A stretch of DNA of 64,000 nt from Patescibacteria group bacterium (GCA_038064975.1 JBBTRX010000002.1:193278-257277); one strand, 5' to 3'; positions 1-9,853 are shown, numbered from the stretch's first letter. Notes: generated by a model from the sequence alone, not told the origin. A program made the numbers and translations.

Positions 1-680
1 ACGCCATCATCATCCACGATGATCGTTTCTGAATCTTCACAGGTATTCCCTAGAGTATCGGAACACATAATGGTATATATTGTTGATTTACTGATCGTTT
101 GGCTCATAGATCCGCTCGTTCCGCTCTGACCGGCGAGTCCGTCCGATCCGGTACAATCCACGGCATTCATAGAATCCCAAGAAATCTGGACTCCATCTCC
201 TTTAGAAGCAGAAGCATTAGAAACTGAAACATCGCAGGTGAGTTCTCCGCTTCCGGTAGACGGAACGCTTCCTAGTAATGTAAGCCATACATATCGTGGT
301 TGCCAAGACATACCGTTTGTAGTTTTGGCGAGAACGGTGTTGATAGCGCCAAATGACCCATTTGCAGAAATTCTTCCTCCACCTCCAATAGAGATGCTAC
401 CAATCACATCAAGCTTATGTGCAGGGTTTACTGTTCCAATACCAACCCGTCCAACGCTCGGTCCATTTCCTGCAACAACGAGGGTAGTAGGTGCGTTTTG
501 TGAAGTATTTAAAGCGATACCCCCTTGTTTTTGTTGTAATAATGAACTTTCATTGATCGCTGATTCTGGCACTGATCCTTGTGGAGCTCCTTGGGACGGT
601 TCACTCCAGGGGGTGGCGTAGGTGATAAAAACAAAAGCGAGTCCAAATCCAGACAAAAGAAAGAAAAAATATCGTTTCAT
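1..680 (-). CDS. Secreted/surface protein (partial, runs off left edge), paralog of the next two ORFs
   Basis: Not in ORF track (no stop in window). Hand translation from ATG 680: MKRYFFFLLSGFGLAFVFITYATPWSEPSQGAPQGSVPESAINESSLLQQKQGGIALN...GRVGIGTVNPAHKLDVIG. Confidence 0.75.
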   Translation of the reverse strand, partial: MKRYFFFLLSGFGLAFVFITYATPWSEPSQGAPQGSVPESAINESSLLQQKQGGIALNTSQNAPTTLVVAGNGPSVGRVGIGTVNPAHKLDVIGSISIGGGGRISANGSFGAINTVLAKTTNGMSWQPRYVWLTLLGSVPSTGSGELTCDVSVSNASASKGDGVQISWDSMNAVDCTGSDGLAGQSGTSGSMSQTISKSTIYTIMCSDTLGNTCEDSETIIVDDDG

Positions 681-688
681 AGTTCCAT

Positions 689-1282
689 TTAAAATACGGC
701 GTAGCATGAACGAATACGATAGTAATGATTCGGGTAGGATGAGTCTGACAAACAGAGCTCGCTGTATTCCGTGTATCCCAGGTCGCTGCATTCTTGTGGT
801 GGAGCTCCTGTGCATCCTCCGACACCAATGCCTCCCACGAGCGTCATCCAGGAAAATCGATCGCGCCATTCTACGGTATTTCCGGTTCGTGAAAGTATTT
901 GCCCATTCACGCCCGCAGCTCCATTTGGTACGAACGCTCCATTATCAATACGAAGATTGCCAGAGAATATTTGTAGCTTCGCGATTTCTGGGAATGTACC
1001 GATGATGGGGGGCGCGATAGTAACTAAGCCGGTTCCTGCCGGAGCGCTTGCGGATGGCGGATTGCCGTCAACGGTAAGAGCTATCGTCTGTATACCGTCT
1101 CCCAACTGCACCCCCCCCGATTTTGCCTGCCCCGTTGCGGTGGTATTGAGTGGAGCAGACACTCCTCCTCCCGGATAAGGATTTGAAGGATTCTTCCATG
1201 GAGCGGCATATACAACAACTCCACTCGCAACAAAGAGTGCAAATAAAGAGATAATAAACGGGGATGTAGTAAAAATTTTCAT
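689..1282 (-). CDS. Secreted/surface protein with Cys-rich C-terminus
   Basis: Signal-like N-terminus, then PWKNP...APLNTTATGQAKSGG motif shared with neighbours. Confidence 0.75.
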   Translation of the reverse strand: MKIFTTSPFIISLFALFVASGVVVYAAPWKNPSNPYPGGGVSAPLNTTATGQAKSGGVQLGDGIQTIALTVDGNPPSASAPAGTGLVTIAPPIIGTFPEIAKLQIFSGNLRIDNGAFVPNGAAGVNGQILSRTGNTVEWRDRFSWMTLVGGIGVGGCTGAPPQECSDLGYTEYSELCLSDSSYPNHYYRIRSCYAVF

Positions 1283-1288
1283 ACGTGT

Positions 1289-1876
1289 TTAAAAACCCTT
1301 TTTACATATTCTTGTCTGTTTGCCGATAGAAGATGTGCCGAGAGTTTCGGTGCAGGGAGGTGGGCTTACTGGAAAGAGTTCATGCATGATCCATCCTGAA
1401 GGACAAATGGGGAATATCTCCATACACCCGCCATATGCGGCGTCGTAAGTGTCTATGCGTTGTATGGTCAGCCATGCAATGTCCGATACCCATAATTGCT
1501 GGAGGGCATTAACGTTCGCAAGAATATCGTCTTTAGATCCAAAACCACCGCTCATAACAAGACTCCCTGTAAGACCAACGTTCCCATTTACATCAAGAAG
1601 TTCCTGCGGATTATTAGTGCCAATACCTACTCGTCCTGAAATAAGTTCAAGGCCGGAAAGTGCGGTTTTGTTTGTATTAAGATCAAGGCGTCCGAGTTTT
1701 GTTTGTCCGACTGGGCCGACATTGAGAGGTTCGGCAACATTAAGTTGCGGTGGATTATTGTTTGAAAAATTGATCCATCCGCCATAGCTCGTACGTGCAA
1801 GAAAGAAAAGAGAAATACCTAAAACAAAGAAGATAGAGTTAAAAATAATTTGCTTGGTTATATTTCGCATATCCAT
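1289..1876 (-). CDS. Secreted/surface protein with GRVGIGT-NP beta-strand motif and Cys-rich C-terminus
   Basis: Signal-like N-terminus, EPLNVGPVGQTKLG, GRVGIGTNNPQELLDVNG. Confidence 0.75.
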   Translation of the reverse strand: MDMRNITKQIIFNSIFFVLGISLFFLARTSYGGWINFSNNNPPQLNVAEPLNVGPVGQTKLGRLDLNTNKTALSGLELISGRVGIGTNNPQELLDVNGNVGLTGSLVMSGGFGSKDDILANVNALQQLWVSDIAWLTIQRIDTYDAAYGGCMEIFPICPSGWIMHELFPVSPPPCTETLGTSSIGKQTRICKKGF

Positions 1877-2131
1877 TTATTGGGCGGTAAGACGATCAAT
1901 AATTTTGGGATCAGGATATGAAGCAGAATCATCGTACGGTGCGGTAAGATTTTCCAGTACTTGTTCTTGGTCTAGTTCCGCTGGTCTTTTCGGAACGTCT
2001 TTCGTAACATTATCGCGTCGCATGATAGCAATGAAAAATATCAAAACAATAAGAATGACGACAAAAACTATTGCGACAAGAGTGTTGTGTGTTGGATGAT
2101 CGAAATCTTGAGGAGATTTTTTTTCAGGCAT
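1877..2131 (-). CDS. Small single-pass membrane protein
   Basis: One hydrophobic helix; stop abuts the next gene's start. Confidence 0.7.
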   Translation of the reverse strand: MPEKKSPQDFDHPTHNTLVAIVFVVILIVLIFFIAIMRRDNVTKDVPKRPAELDQEQVLENLTAPYDDSASYPDPKIIDRLTAQ

Positions 2132-2189
2132 TACTTTAATAGCTTCAGTATAACGTAGAGAGTTGAAGTCTGCGAACGCGCCCTGTGGA

Positions 2190-4301
2190 TTACTCCAAGT
2201 GAATTTGCTTATGGAGCGTGTTCATTTTTTCTACGAGGAGTGGAAAAGCAGAAAGATCGGGACTTAAGGCGAGTGTTGCCTTCGCCGCAGTATGAGCGCT
2301 TTGGAGAAGATGTGGATCACGCAGGGCTTGCATGGCGATATCAGGAATTCCCGTTTGGCTACTTCCAAAAAATTGTCCGGGCCCGCGTAGGCGAAGGTCG
2401 TGTTCTGCAAGTTCAAAGCCGTTTTTCGCAGCAATCAGAGCTTTTAAGCGACTCTGCACCCCCTCGCTCTCTGATTCAGTAAATAAAAAACAATAGGACT
2501 GGTGCTCTCCACGGCCCACGCGCCCACGGAATTGATAAAGCTGAGCAAGACCAAAGTGTTCGGCGCCTTCAATCAGCATCACGGTTGCGTTCGGCACGTC
2601 TACGCCAACTTCAATTACGGAAGTTGAAACAAGAATATTACTCTCCCCTGCTTTAAACGCGCGCATGACGGCGTCTTTCTCTTTTCCTTTCATCCGTCCG
2701 TGGATCATCTGAACGGAAAGTTCGGGAAATATTGTTTCCGAAAGTCGCTTATATTCTTCGGTTACTGTTTTTGCGTCTAGCCATGCGGTATTTATTTTTT
2801 TCTTTTCATCATCCCCTGTTTCATTTTTTTCTATGCGTGGGCAAATAATAAACGCTTGGCGTCCTTCCGCAATTTGTTTTCGTAGAAACTCATACGCTCC
2901 AGTTCTTTTTTCCGGAGGAACAATATGGGTTTTAATGCTACGCCGTCCTTTTGGAAGTTCGTTTACAACAGAAAGATCTAAATCGCCAAAGAGGGCGAGT
3001 GAAAGCGTGCGTGGAATAGGAGTCGCACTCATGGAAAGAAAATGTGGCAAAACAGAATTTTCTTTTTTTACGCCCACGAGACGAGATCGTTGCTCTACGC
3101 CAAATCGGTGCTGTTCATCAATAATGACGAGCGCGAGATTTTTAAATGAAACATTTTTCTCAATGAGTGCATGTGTTCCGAAAACGAGTTTGACAGAGCC
3201 ATCAGCGATACCAGTAAGTATTCTTTTTTTATTTTTCGGTTCCAAGTCGCTTACTAAAAGATGGAGTGGAATGTTCCATTCGCGGAGAAGTTTGCCTAGT
3301 GTGTCGGAGAGCGTTCTATAATGTTGCCGAGCAAGAACTTCTGTCGGTGCCATAAAGGCGACTTGATATCCCTGTCGTACGGCGAGCAGTGCCGCAATCG
3401 CGGCAACAACTGTTTTTCCCGATCCGACATCCCCTTGCAATAGTCGATTCATCGGATGGGGTTCTGCCATATCAGCAAGGATTTGTTCAGTGCATGCCGA
3501 TTGCGCCGCAGTGAGCGTAAAAGGCAGATGACTCATGGCAATACTCGCTGTAAGTTCATCTCGAAGAATGGGAATTGCCTTCGCTCGCCCTAATGCTTCT
3601 CGCATTTTTGCATGCAGTAATTGAAGTAAAAAAAGATCTTCAAACGCGAATCTTCGGCGGGCAAGCTCCGCCTCTTCAATGGTTTCCGGAAAATGAATTG
3701 AACGGAGCGCATCTCTAAGCTCTGGCATGCCGGCGCTTCTTCGGACGGTTTCCGGGAGAAAATCAGGCAATGCCCCAAGAACATGGAGAATTGGTTTTAC
3801 AAGATAACGGATGCCGCGCGAAGTAAGACCTCTTGTTTCGGGATAGACCGGAACAAGACGTGCGGTGTGCCTATTCCCTCCGGTGCTTTGTGCCGGTTCA
3901 TATGAAGGGCTTGCAAGATAGAGTGAACCTTCGCGAGAAGAAACTTTTCCGGCAAAGTTTGCTTCCATACCGATCTGAAGCGTTTTTGCGATGAATGGCT
4001 GATTGAACCAGACTGCTTTTATTCCTCCGCTTGAGTCGGCAATAACAGCTTCCACGAGCGTCATTCTTCTCCGCCATGTTCTCCGCGATTCTATTTTCTT
4101 TACAATGCCTTGTATTGTTGCGGTTTCTCCGAGAGCGAGATCTGCGATGGAAGCGACACGGGTAAAATCTTCGTAGCGTGAGGGAAAATGCCACAGAAGA
4201 TTTTGAACGGTAAGAATACCCAACTTCTCTAATTTTGAGAGGAATGGTTTGCTGAGTCCCCGTATCTGTCCGAGGTTTGTTTTCAGCGTGATCGTATTCA
4301 T
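2190..4301 (-). CDS. recG: ATP-dependent DNA helicase RecG
   Basis: MNRLLQGDVGSGKT, DEQHRFGVEQR, MSATPIPRTL, QFRGRVGRG, DLRLRGPG; start moved to ATG 4301 to avoid the tRNA. Confidence 0.97.
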   Translation of the reverse strand: MNTITLKTNLGQIRGLSKPFLSKLEKLGILTVQNLLWHFPSRYEDFTRVASIADLALGETATIQGIVKKIESRRTWRRRMTLVEAVIADSSGGIKAVWFNQPFIAKTLQIGMEANFAGKVSSREGSLYLASPSYEPAQSTGGNRHTARLVPVYPETRGLTSRGIRYLVKPILHVLGALPDFLPETVRRSAGMPELRDALRSIHFPETIEEAELARRRFAFEDLFLLQLLHAKMREALGRAKAIPILRDELTASIAMSHLPFTLTAAQSACTEQILADMAEPHPMNRLLQGDVGSGKTVVAAIAALLAVRQGYQVAFMAPTEVLARQHYRTLSDTLGKLLREWNIPLHLLVSDLEPKNKKRILTGIADGSVKLVFGTHALIEKNVSFKNLALVIIDEQHRFGVEQRSRLVGVKKENSVLPHFLSMSATPIPRTLSLALFGDLDLSVVNELPKGRRSIKTHIVPPEKRTGAYEFLRKQIAEGRQAFIICPRIEKNETGDDEKKKINTAWLDAKTVTEEYKRLSETIFPELSVQMIHGRMKGKEKDAVMRAFKAGESNILVSTSVIEVGVDVPNATVMLIEGAEHFGLAQLYQFRGRVGRGEHQSYCFLFTESESEGVQSRLKALIAAKNGFELAEHDLRLRGPGQFFGSSQTGIPDIAMQALRDPHLLQSAHTAAKATLALSPDLSAFPLLVEKMNTLHKQIHLE

Positions 4302-4304
4302 TTG

Positions 4305-4377
4305 TGCGCCCACCTGGATTCGAACCAGGGACCGTCTCCTTAAGAGGGAGCTGCTCTACCGACTGAGCTATGGGCGC
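4305..4377 (-). tRNA. tRNA-Lys(CTT)
   Basis: Cloverleaf GCGCCCA-TAGCTCAGTCGGTAGAGC...loop CTCTTAA...GGTTCGAATCC-TGGGCGC-A; CCA not encoded. Confidence 0.88.
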
Positions 4378-4392
4378 GTTACAGTGTTGTAC

Positions 4393-4565
4393 GTCGCGTT
4401 TTGGTAAACTGCGACATCTTCGTCACTCTTCGCTTCATCGATAATCTTGCCTTAGGGTAGCATGTTGTTTTAGAAAAAAAAAGAGAGCGTATATGTAATA
4501 TAAAGTTCGTCGCGTTTTGCTAAACCGCGACATCTTCGTCGCTCTTCGCTCCTTGAGATGCGAAA
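4393..4565 (+). repeat. Two copies (4393-4436, 4509-4565) of a hairpin repeat; third copy inverted at 36154-36210
   Basis: gtcgcgttttg(g/c)taaac(t/c)gcgacatcttcgtc(a/g)ctcttcgct aligned by eye. Confidence 0.8.
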
Positions 4566-4684
4566 TTTATAATGCGAATGATGCAAAAAAGTTATTTGTC
4601 GTCAGTCGTTAGTTCTTTATCTTTCATTATTTATTATTCATCGCCCATTATTTTTCGGGATTAATTTATGATATACTCCCTGTT

Positions 4685-6217
4685 ATGGCGCTATTTAAGC
4701 GGCGGCATAAGCTCAATATACTTTTTGTCGCTCCAGAGGCAGTTCCTTTCGTAAAAGCAGGAGGGCTCGGCGAGGTTATGCTCGCGCTTCCTCGGGAATT
4801 AGTAAGATTAGGACACGACGCTCGAGTAATGATTCCGCGTTATGGCGGGATTGATGTAGAGAAATTTCCCACTGAAATGGAGGTGGAGGGTCTTGCCGTA
4901 CCTACCGGCAGTGACGGATCAAACGCCCAAGAACCGCAGGAGCTCATCTGCAATGTCCGCAAATTTGTTGCCGAGAGCGGTTTGGGATCGCCTGTTACGA
5001 CATATTTTTTAGAAAATCTTGAGTACTACGAAAAGCGGTCCAATATTTATGGATATAGTGACGACGCGATACGTTGGGCGCTTTTATCGCGCGGCACTTT
5101 GGAATTTATTAAGAAGAGTGATTGGGTTCCCGATGTTATCGTTGCTTCTGATTGGCAGACAGGATTTTTAGCGAACTACCTCCGCACAACCTATAAAGAT
5201 GATGAGGTTTTAAGTCGCATCGCAACTGTTTTTATCATCCACAATCTTTCGTATCAAGGAATGTTTGATCACCGTTTCGTGACAGAAATGGATTATGACG
5301 ATGGCCAATCAACTCTCCCTTCGTTCTTTGATCCGCGACTTCTTAAAGTAAATGGCATGAGGCGTGGCATTATTCATGCCGATGCTGTGAGTACCGTATC
5401 GCCGACCTATGCTCGGGAAATTATGACTCCGGAATATGGAGAGCTCTTGGATGATTTGCTGCGTGAGCGGAGAAGTAGAGTGTACGGAATCATGAATGGT
5501 ATTGATTACGACAATTATAATCCTGAATTAGATGAGTATTTGAGCGAAACATATGACGTCACATCGCTTAACCTGCGGAAAGCGAATAAAGCGGAATTGC
5601 AGGCGCGGTTTGGACTTAATGACGACGCGAATGCTTTTTTGATTGCTATCGCATCACGCTTAAGCGGACAGAAAGGATTCGATCTTCTTTTTTCTATTAC
5701 TGATCGGCTATTTAAAGAACTTAATATCCAGCTTGCGGTGTTAGGTGCAGGGGAAGGTCACTATATGGGTTTCTTTCAGGAGCTGGAGAAAAAATATCCG
5801 GGCCGCGTGGGAACGCACCTTTCGTTTGATGTGGTACTTCCCCATCTTATCCACGGCGGAGCGGATGCGATCCTCATTCCATCCCGTTTTGAACCGGCAG
5901 GACTTCTTCAGCTTGAAGCCATGCGGTACGGAGCAATTCCTATCGCAAGGAAAACCGGCGGACTCGCGGACACGGTTCAGGACTGTGATGTCCAGAAAAA
6001 AATCGGAACAGGATTTGTTTTTACGGATTTTGATCCTCAGTCAATGATGATTGCTATTACGCGAGCGTATGAAAATTTCAAAAATACTGGAGTATGGCGC
6101 ATGATCCAGAAAAATGCGATGGCTCAAGATTTTTCTTGGAGCAAAGCAGCAGATGAGTATGCGCGCTTATTTGTGCAAGCCGTCGGTTTCCGTCGGCGAG
6201 ATATAGACTCTGAATAA
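4685..6217 (+). CDS. glgA: Glycogen synthase (GT5)
   Basis: KAGGLGEV, DWQT, IHNLSYQG, VSTVSPTYA, PSRFEPAGL. Confidence 0.93.
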   Translation: MALFKRRHKLNILFVAPEAVPFVKAGGLGEVMLALPRELVRLGHDARVMIPRYGGIDVEKFPTEMEVEGLAVPTGSDGSNAQEPQELICNVRKFVAESGLGSPVTTYFLENLEYYEKRSNIYGYSDDAIRWALLSRGTLEFIKKSDWVPDVIVASDWQTGFLANYLRTTYKDDEVLSRIATVFIIHNLSYQGMFDHRFVTEMDYDDGQSTLPSFFDPRLLKVNGMRRGIIHADAVSTVSPTYAREIMTPEYGELLDDLLRERRSRVYGIMNGIDYDNYNPELDEYLSETYDVTSLNLRKANKAELQARFGLNDDANAFLIAIASRLSGQKGFDLLFSITDRLFKELNIQLAVLGAGEGHYMGFFQELEKKYPGRVGTHLSFDVVLPHLIHGGADAILIPSRFEPAGLLQLEAMRYGAIPIARKTGGLADTVQDCDVQKKIGTGFVFTDFDPQSMMIAITRAYENFKNTGVWRMIQKNAMAQDFSWSKAADEYARLFVQAVGFRRRDIDSE

Positions 6218-6241
6218 CAACGGAGTCAATTAATCCCATTT

Positions 6242-7735
6242 ATGTATTGGGCAAATTTCTTACACGTCTACCAGCCGGCAGAACAGCAGTCGGATATTTT
6301 GGAAGCAATCGTCGCACAAAGCTACCGTTCAATCTTTGAACATATTCGGGACGCGAAGCGTGTGCGGGCTACATTAAATATTAATGGAGCGCTTTTGGAA
6401 CTTTTTGATAAGAACGGATACCAGGATTTGATTGATATGTTACGGGTAGCAGGATCAGAGGGTAGGCTGGAATTTACCGGATGCGCGAAATACCACGCTT
6501 TTCTGCCCTTTCTTGAAGAGAAAGAGATTATTCGCCAGATCAAAACGAACGACGAAACGAATAAATTTTTCTTAGGTGATATGTACGCGCCGCAAGGGTT
6601 TTTCCCTCCAGAAATGGCGTACAATCCAAAGCTTGCTCCTATTGTGGAGTCTCTGGGATTTAAGTGGATTATGCTTGATGAGATCGCGAAAGATGGCAAT
6701 CCCGGCTCCGTGGATTATTCAAAAATTTATACGATCCAGGGGACAAAGCTCGGTGTATTTTTCCGTGAGCGGAGAACGAGTAATATGATTATGAGCGCTA
6801 TCGTACGGTCTCCAGAAACGTTAGAGCAGGCAATGAAAGATGAATTGAATAAGAAGCGTTACCTGCTTACCGCGATGGACGGTGAAACGTTCGGGCATCA
6901 CCGCCCCGGGCTTGAGAAAATGCTTTTCTCCGTATGGGAATCTAAAAAATTCGATCTCGTTACCGTTTCCGAACTCGCTACTCATTTTAAAGAGCGGGCA
7001 GTGGTAAGCCCGGTTGCTTCTACGTGGGCATCAAGTAAAGAAGATATTGATAAGGGAATTCAGTTTTTATCGTGGTCGGATCCGGAAAATCGCATTCATA
7101 CTTGGCAGTGGGAGCTCGTTAAAATGACCCTTGAAGAAGTGTATACGATGGACTCAAAGCACCCGCGCTATGAGCGCGTACGGCATAAGATGGATTTAGG
7201 GCTTGCGAGCGATCACTTTTGGTGGGCATCCGCAAAACCGTGGTGGAGTTTAGAGATGATTGAAGACGGTGCGTATCGCCTCTTGGAAACAATCCGAACA
7301 ATCCCAGGAGTTTCCGAAGCAAAATTGTTCCGTGCTCGAGATTTGTATGAAAAAATAATTTCAACTGCTTTCAATTGGCAAAGAACGGGAAAAATTCGCC
7401 AAATGATGCGGGATCAGAAAGCAATTCTCCGCATTCCTTTTTATGATCGTACGATAACGAAAGGTGGCGCTGAAGAAGGTGTTTTTCATGCCTTTCTGGA
7501 TATGATAGGAGGGCTAGAAAAAGAAGCGGCTGCTCGGGGTGAATATGAAAAAGCAATTTTATGGAGAGATGCGGCATATAAATTGAAAAACAAATTAGAT
7601 ATTTACGATACGATTAATGCTATTGATCTCCTGCGCGTTGAGATTTCACATGATGACGTTGAAAAAACGATAGAGAAGTATAAAGCTGAATATCAGCGCA
7701 TTCGCGGAGGCCAGCCGGAACAGCGAGGCAATTAA
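6242..7735 (+). CDS. Glycoside hydrolase family 57 protein
   Basis: HVYQP, GFFPPEMAY, AMDGETFGHH, ASDHFWW match GH57 conserved regions. Confidence 0.85.
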   Translation: MYWANFLHVYQPAEQQSDILEAIVAQSYRSIFEHIRDAKRVRATLNINGALLELFDKNGYQDLIDMLRVAGSEGRLEFTGCAKYHAFLPFLEEKEIIRQIKTNDETNKFFLGDMYAPQGFFPPEMAYNPKLAPIVESLGFKWIMLDEIAKDGNPGSVDYSKIYTIQGTKLGVFFRERRTSNMIMSAIVRSPETLEQAMKDELNKKRYLLTAMDGETFGHHRPGLEKMLFSVWESKKFDLVTVSELATHFKERAVVSPVASTWASSKEDIDKGIQFLSWSDPENRIHTWQWELVKMTLEEVYTMDSKHPRYERVRHKMDLGLASDHFWWASAKPWWSLEMIEDGAYRLLETIRTIPGVSEAKLFRARDLYEKIISTAFNWQRTGKIRQMMRDQKAILRIPFYDRTITKGGAEEGVFHAFLDMIGGLEKEAAARGEYEKAILWRDAAYKLKNKLDIYDTINAIDLLRVEISHDDVEKTIEKYKAEYQRIRGGQPEQRGN

Positions 7736-7739
7736 AAAC

Positions 7740-7888
7740 GCTCGCATTCTTTTTCAAAAAGCTATAAGAATGACCTTTTTAGAAAGAATACTCGCTTGTA
7801 TGACGTAAGGTAGCTCGCATTCTTTTTCAAAACTAGGTCCTCGTCGCTATCGCGCCTGCGAGTAGTTTTTAAAAAGAATACTCGCTTG
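7740..7888 (+). repeat. Two related inverted-repeat units; relative inverted at 40836-40896
   Basis: gctcgcattctttttcaaaa...aaagaatactcgcttg occurs twice. Confidence 0.75.
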
Positions 7889-7911
7889 GAGCGTTATGAG
7901 TCGGTATAGGA

Positions 7912-7946
7912 GAAAAAAACATCCCCGTACGGTGGGGGTGTTTTTT
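7912..7946. terminator. Bidirectional intrinsic terminator-like hairpin
   Basis: aaaaaaacatcccc-gtacggt-gggggtgtttttt. Confidence 0.6.
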
Positions 7947-7963
7947 GTGATACAATAAAATGC

Positions 7964-9397
7964 ATGAAAATACTTTTTGTCGCTTCGGAACTCACTCCGA
8001 TTGCAAAGGTTGGCGGCCTGGGAGACGTGATGGGCGCTCTTCCAAAGGCACTCACTCATATCGGTGTAGAAGCAGGTATGGTACTCCCCTTTTATGGTTT
8101 TATCCCTAGAAAAGGAGCGCGGCGCATTGCTCATAATATAATAGTACGGCTTGGAAACAGCGAAGAAGTTATTTCTCTCTATGAAACGGTTATTCCTAAT
8201 ACGACAACACCGCTTTTTCTTGTAGAGAATAAAAGATATTGGACACACGGCCCGGAACCATATTTTGAACAAACGGGTTTTACGGGCGCTAAAGACGAAA
8301 TTCAACGATTCACGTTTTTCTCGCGTGCTGTTTTTGAGCTTATTAAATTGGGTTATCTGAAGGCCGATATTTTACATTGCCAAGATTGGCATACCGGTGC
8401 TTTAGCTTCATATATTGCGCGTTTTCGGGGAGAGTTAGAGAACCCGAAGATCAAAACAATCTTCACTATTCATAACCTAAGCAATCAAGGCAAATGGAAT
8501 AAAGCGGATATAGACTTTTGGCTTTTCGGCAGTAATGAGGAGCCTTTCTTTAATGCCTTCGGAAAAGATTATAACTTTATTGCGGAAGGAATATTGACCG
8601 CGGATTATGTAACAACGGTCAGTCCAACATATGCTCTGGAAATTCAAACGAAAGAGTATGGTGCAGGGTTAGAAAAAGTTATCCAGAAACGCAGTGACCG
8701 GCTTGTCGGTATTTTAAACGGTATAGACTATGCCTTCTTTAATCCGGCTACCGATCCGCTGATTGAGCAACGGTATTCATATGACAGTCTTAATTTGAAG
8801 CGTGTTAATACCACTGCGTTCCGAGAAAGCTCTCATTTTGATGATACAGGAGGTCCCCTCTTTGGTTTCGTCGCGCGTCTCACTGCTCAAAAAAGCATTG
8901 ATCTTATCATTGATGCTTTAGAGAGTCTTCTTCCGAAATTGAATGCCCAATTTACATTCTTAGGAAGCGGAGCTAAGGAATACGAAGATCACCTCATTCA
9001 ATTAGCGAAGAATTTTCCAAATCATATTCGGGTGAAAATCGGTTTTGATGAAGCTCTCGCTCATCGCATATACGCCGCAAGCGATTTCTTTTTTATGCCC
9101 TCTCGTTTTGAACCATGTGGGCTCGGTCAGATGATTAGCATGCGGTATGGCTCTGTACCAATCGTGCGCGCAACCGGAGGATTAAAAGATTCCGTAGAGC
9201 ATCGCAAGACGGGATTTGTTTTCACTGATTCCAGTGTTTCTGCTCTCAAAAAAGAAATACTCGCGGCGCACGAGCTCTATATGAAAAAGCCGAAAGATCT
9301 CCAGAAAATGCAGGAGAACGGTATGAGAAAGAATTTTGATTTTGAAAATGTTGCTCGAGCATACAAGGACCTCTACCAAAAAGTTTCTGCACTCTAG
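7964..9397 (+). CDS. glgA: Glycogen synthase (GT5), second copy
   Basis: KVGGLGDV, HCQDWHT, TIHNLSNQG, PSRFEPCGLGQM. Confidence 0.93.
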   Translation: MKILFVASELTPIAKVGGLGDVMGALPKALTHIGVEAGMVLPFYGFIPRKGARRIAHNIIVRLGNSEEVISLYETVIPNTTTPLFLVENKRYWTHGPEPYFEQTGFTGAKDEIQRFTFFSRAVFELIKLGYLKADILHCQDWHTGALASYIARFRGELENPKIKTIFTIHNLSNQGKWNKADIDFWLFGSNEEPFFNAFGKDYNFIAEGILTADYVTTVSPTYALEIQTKEYGAGLEKVIQKRSDRLVGILNGIDYAFFNPATDPLIEQRYSYDSLNLKRVNTTAFRESSHFDDTGGPLFGFVARLTAQKSIDLIIDALESLLPKLNAQFTFLGSGAKEYEDHLIQLAKNFPNHIRVKIGFDEALAHRIYAASDFFFMPSRFEPCGLGQMISMRYGSVPIVRATGGLKDSVEHRKTGFVFTDSSVSALKKEILAAHELYMKKPKDLQKMQENGMRKNFDFENVARAYKDLYQKVSAL

Positions 9398-9404
9398 AAA
9401 AATA

Positions 9405-9439
9405 AAAAAAATCGTCCCCTATTGCGGGGGCGATTTTTT
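9405..9439. terminator. Bidirectional terminator between convergent glgA and yraN
   Basis: aaaaaatcgtcccc-tattgc-gggggcgatttttt. Confidence 0.65.
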
Positions 9440-9848
9440 AATTGACGTTTTCAAAATGCTGGAGGTTTTTATCTATAAAATCTTTTTTATATATTGTCAA
9501 TGCGTCTCCTTCTAGTTCGGTATCTGGGAGTTGTATGGTGATAACATCAATTCTCCAGCCCTTCGAACTATTGACAAGTTTAGAATTTTGGTTTGCATAA
9601 AATAAAGCCGATCTCTTCATCTTTTTTATTTTTTGCGGAGTCATATTATCTTCAGGGCTAAGCTCGCTTCCCTGTTTCATTGTTTTTACTTCAACGAAGA
9701 CGATTGTTCCATCCTTGGTTTTAGCGATGAGATCTATTTCTCCCAAAGGTACAAATTCATTGTGCATCAAAATTTTCCATCCCATGTTTTGGAGATACTT
9801 ACCTGCAATATCCTCTCCAATCTTACCCACTGTCTGATTTTCACTCAT
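9438..9848 (-). CDS. yraN: YraN/UPF0102 family PD-(D/E)xK nuclease
   Basis: GKIGEDIA..YL..G, GEIDLIAK, VFVEVKT, WRIDVI. Confidence 0.9.
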   Translation of the reverse strand: MSENQTVGKIGEDIAGKYLQNMGWKILMHNEFVPLGEIDLIAKTKDGTIVFVEVKTMKQGSELSPEDNMTPQKIKKMKRSALFYANQNSKLVNSSKGWRIDVITIQLPDTELEGDALTIYKKDFIDKNLQHFENVN

Positions 9849-9853
9849 GTAAT

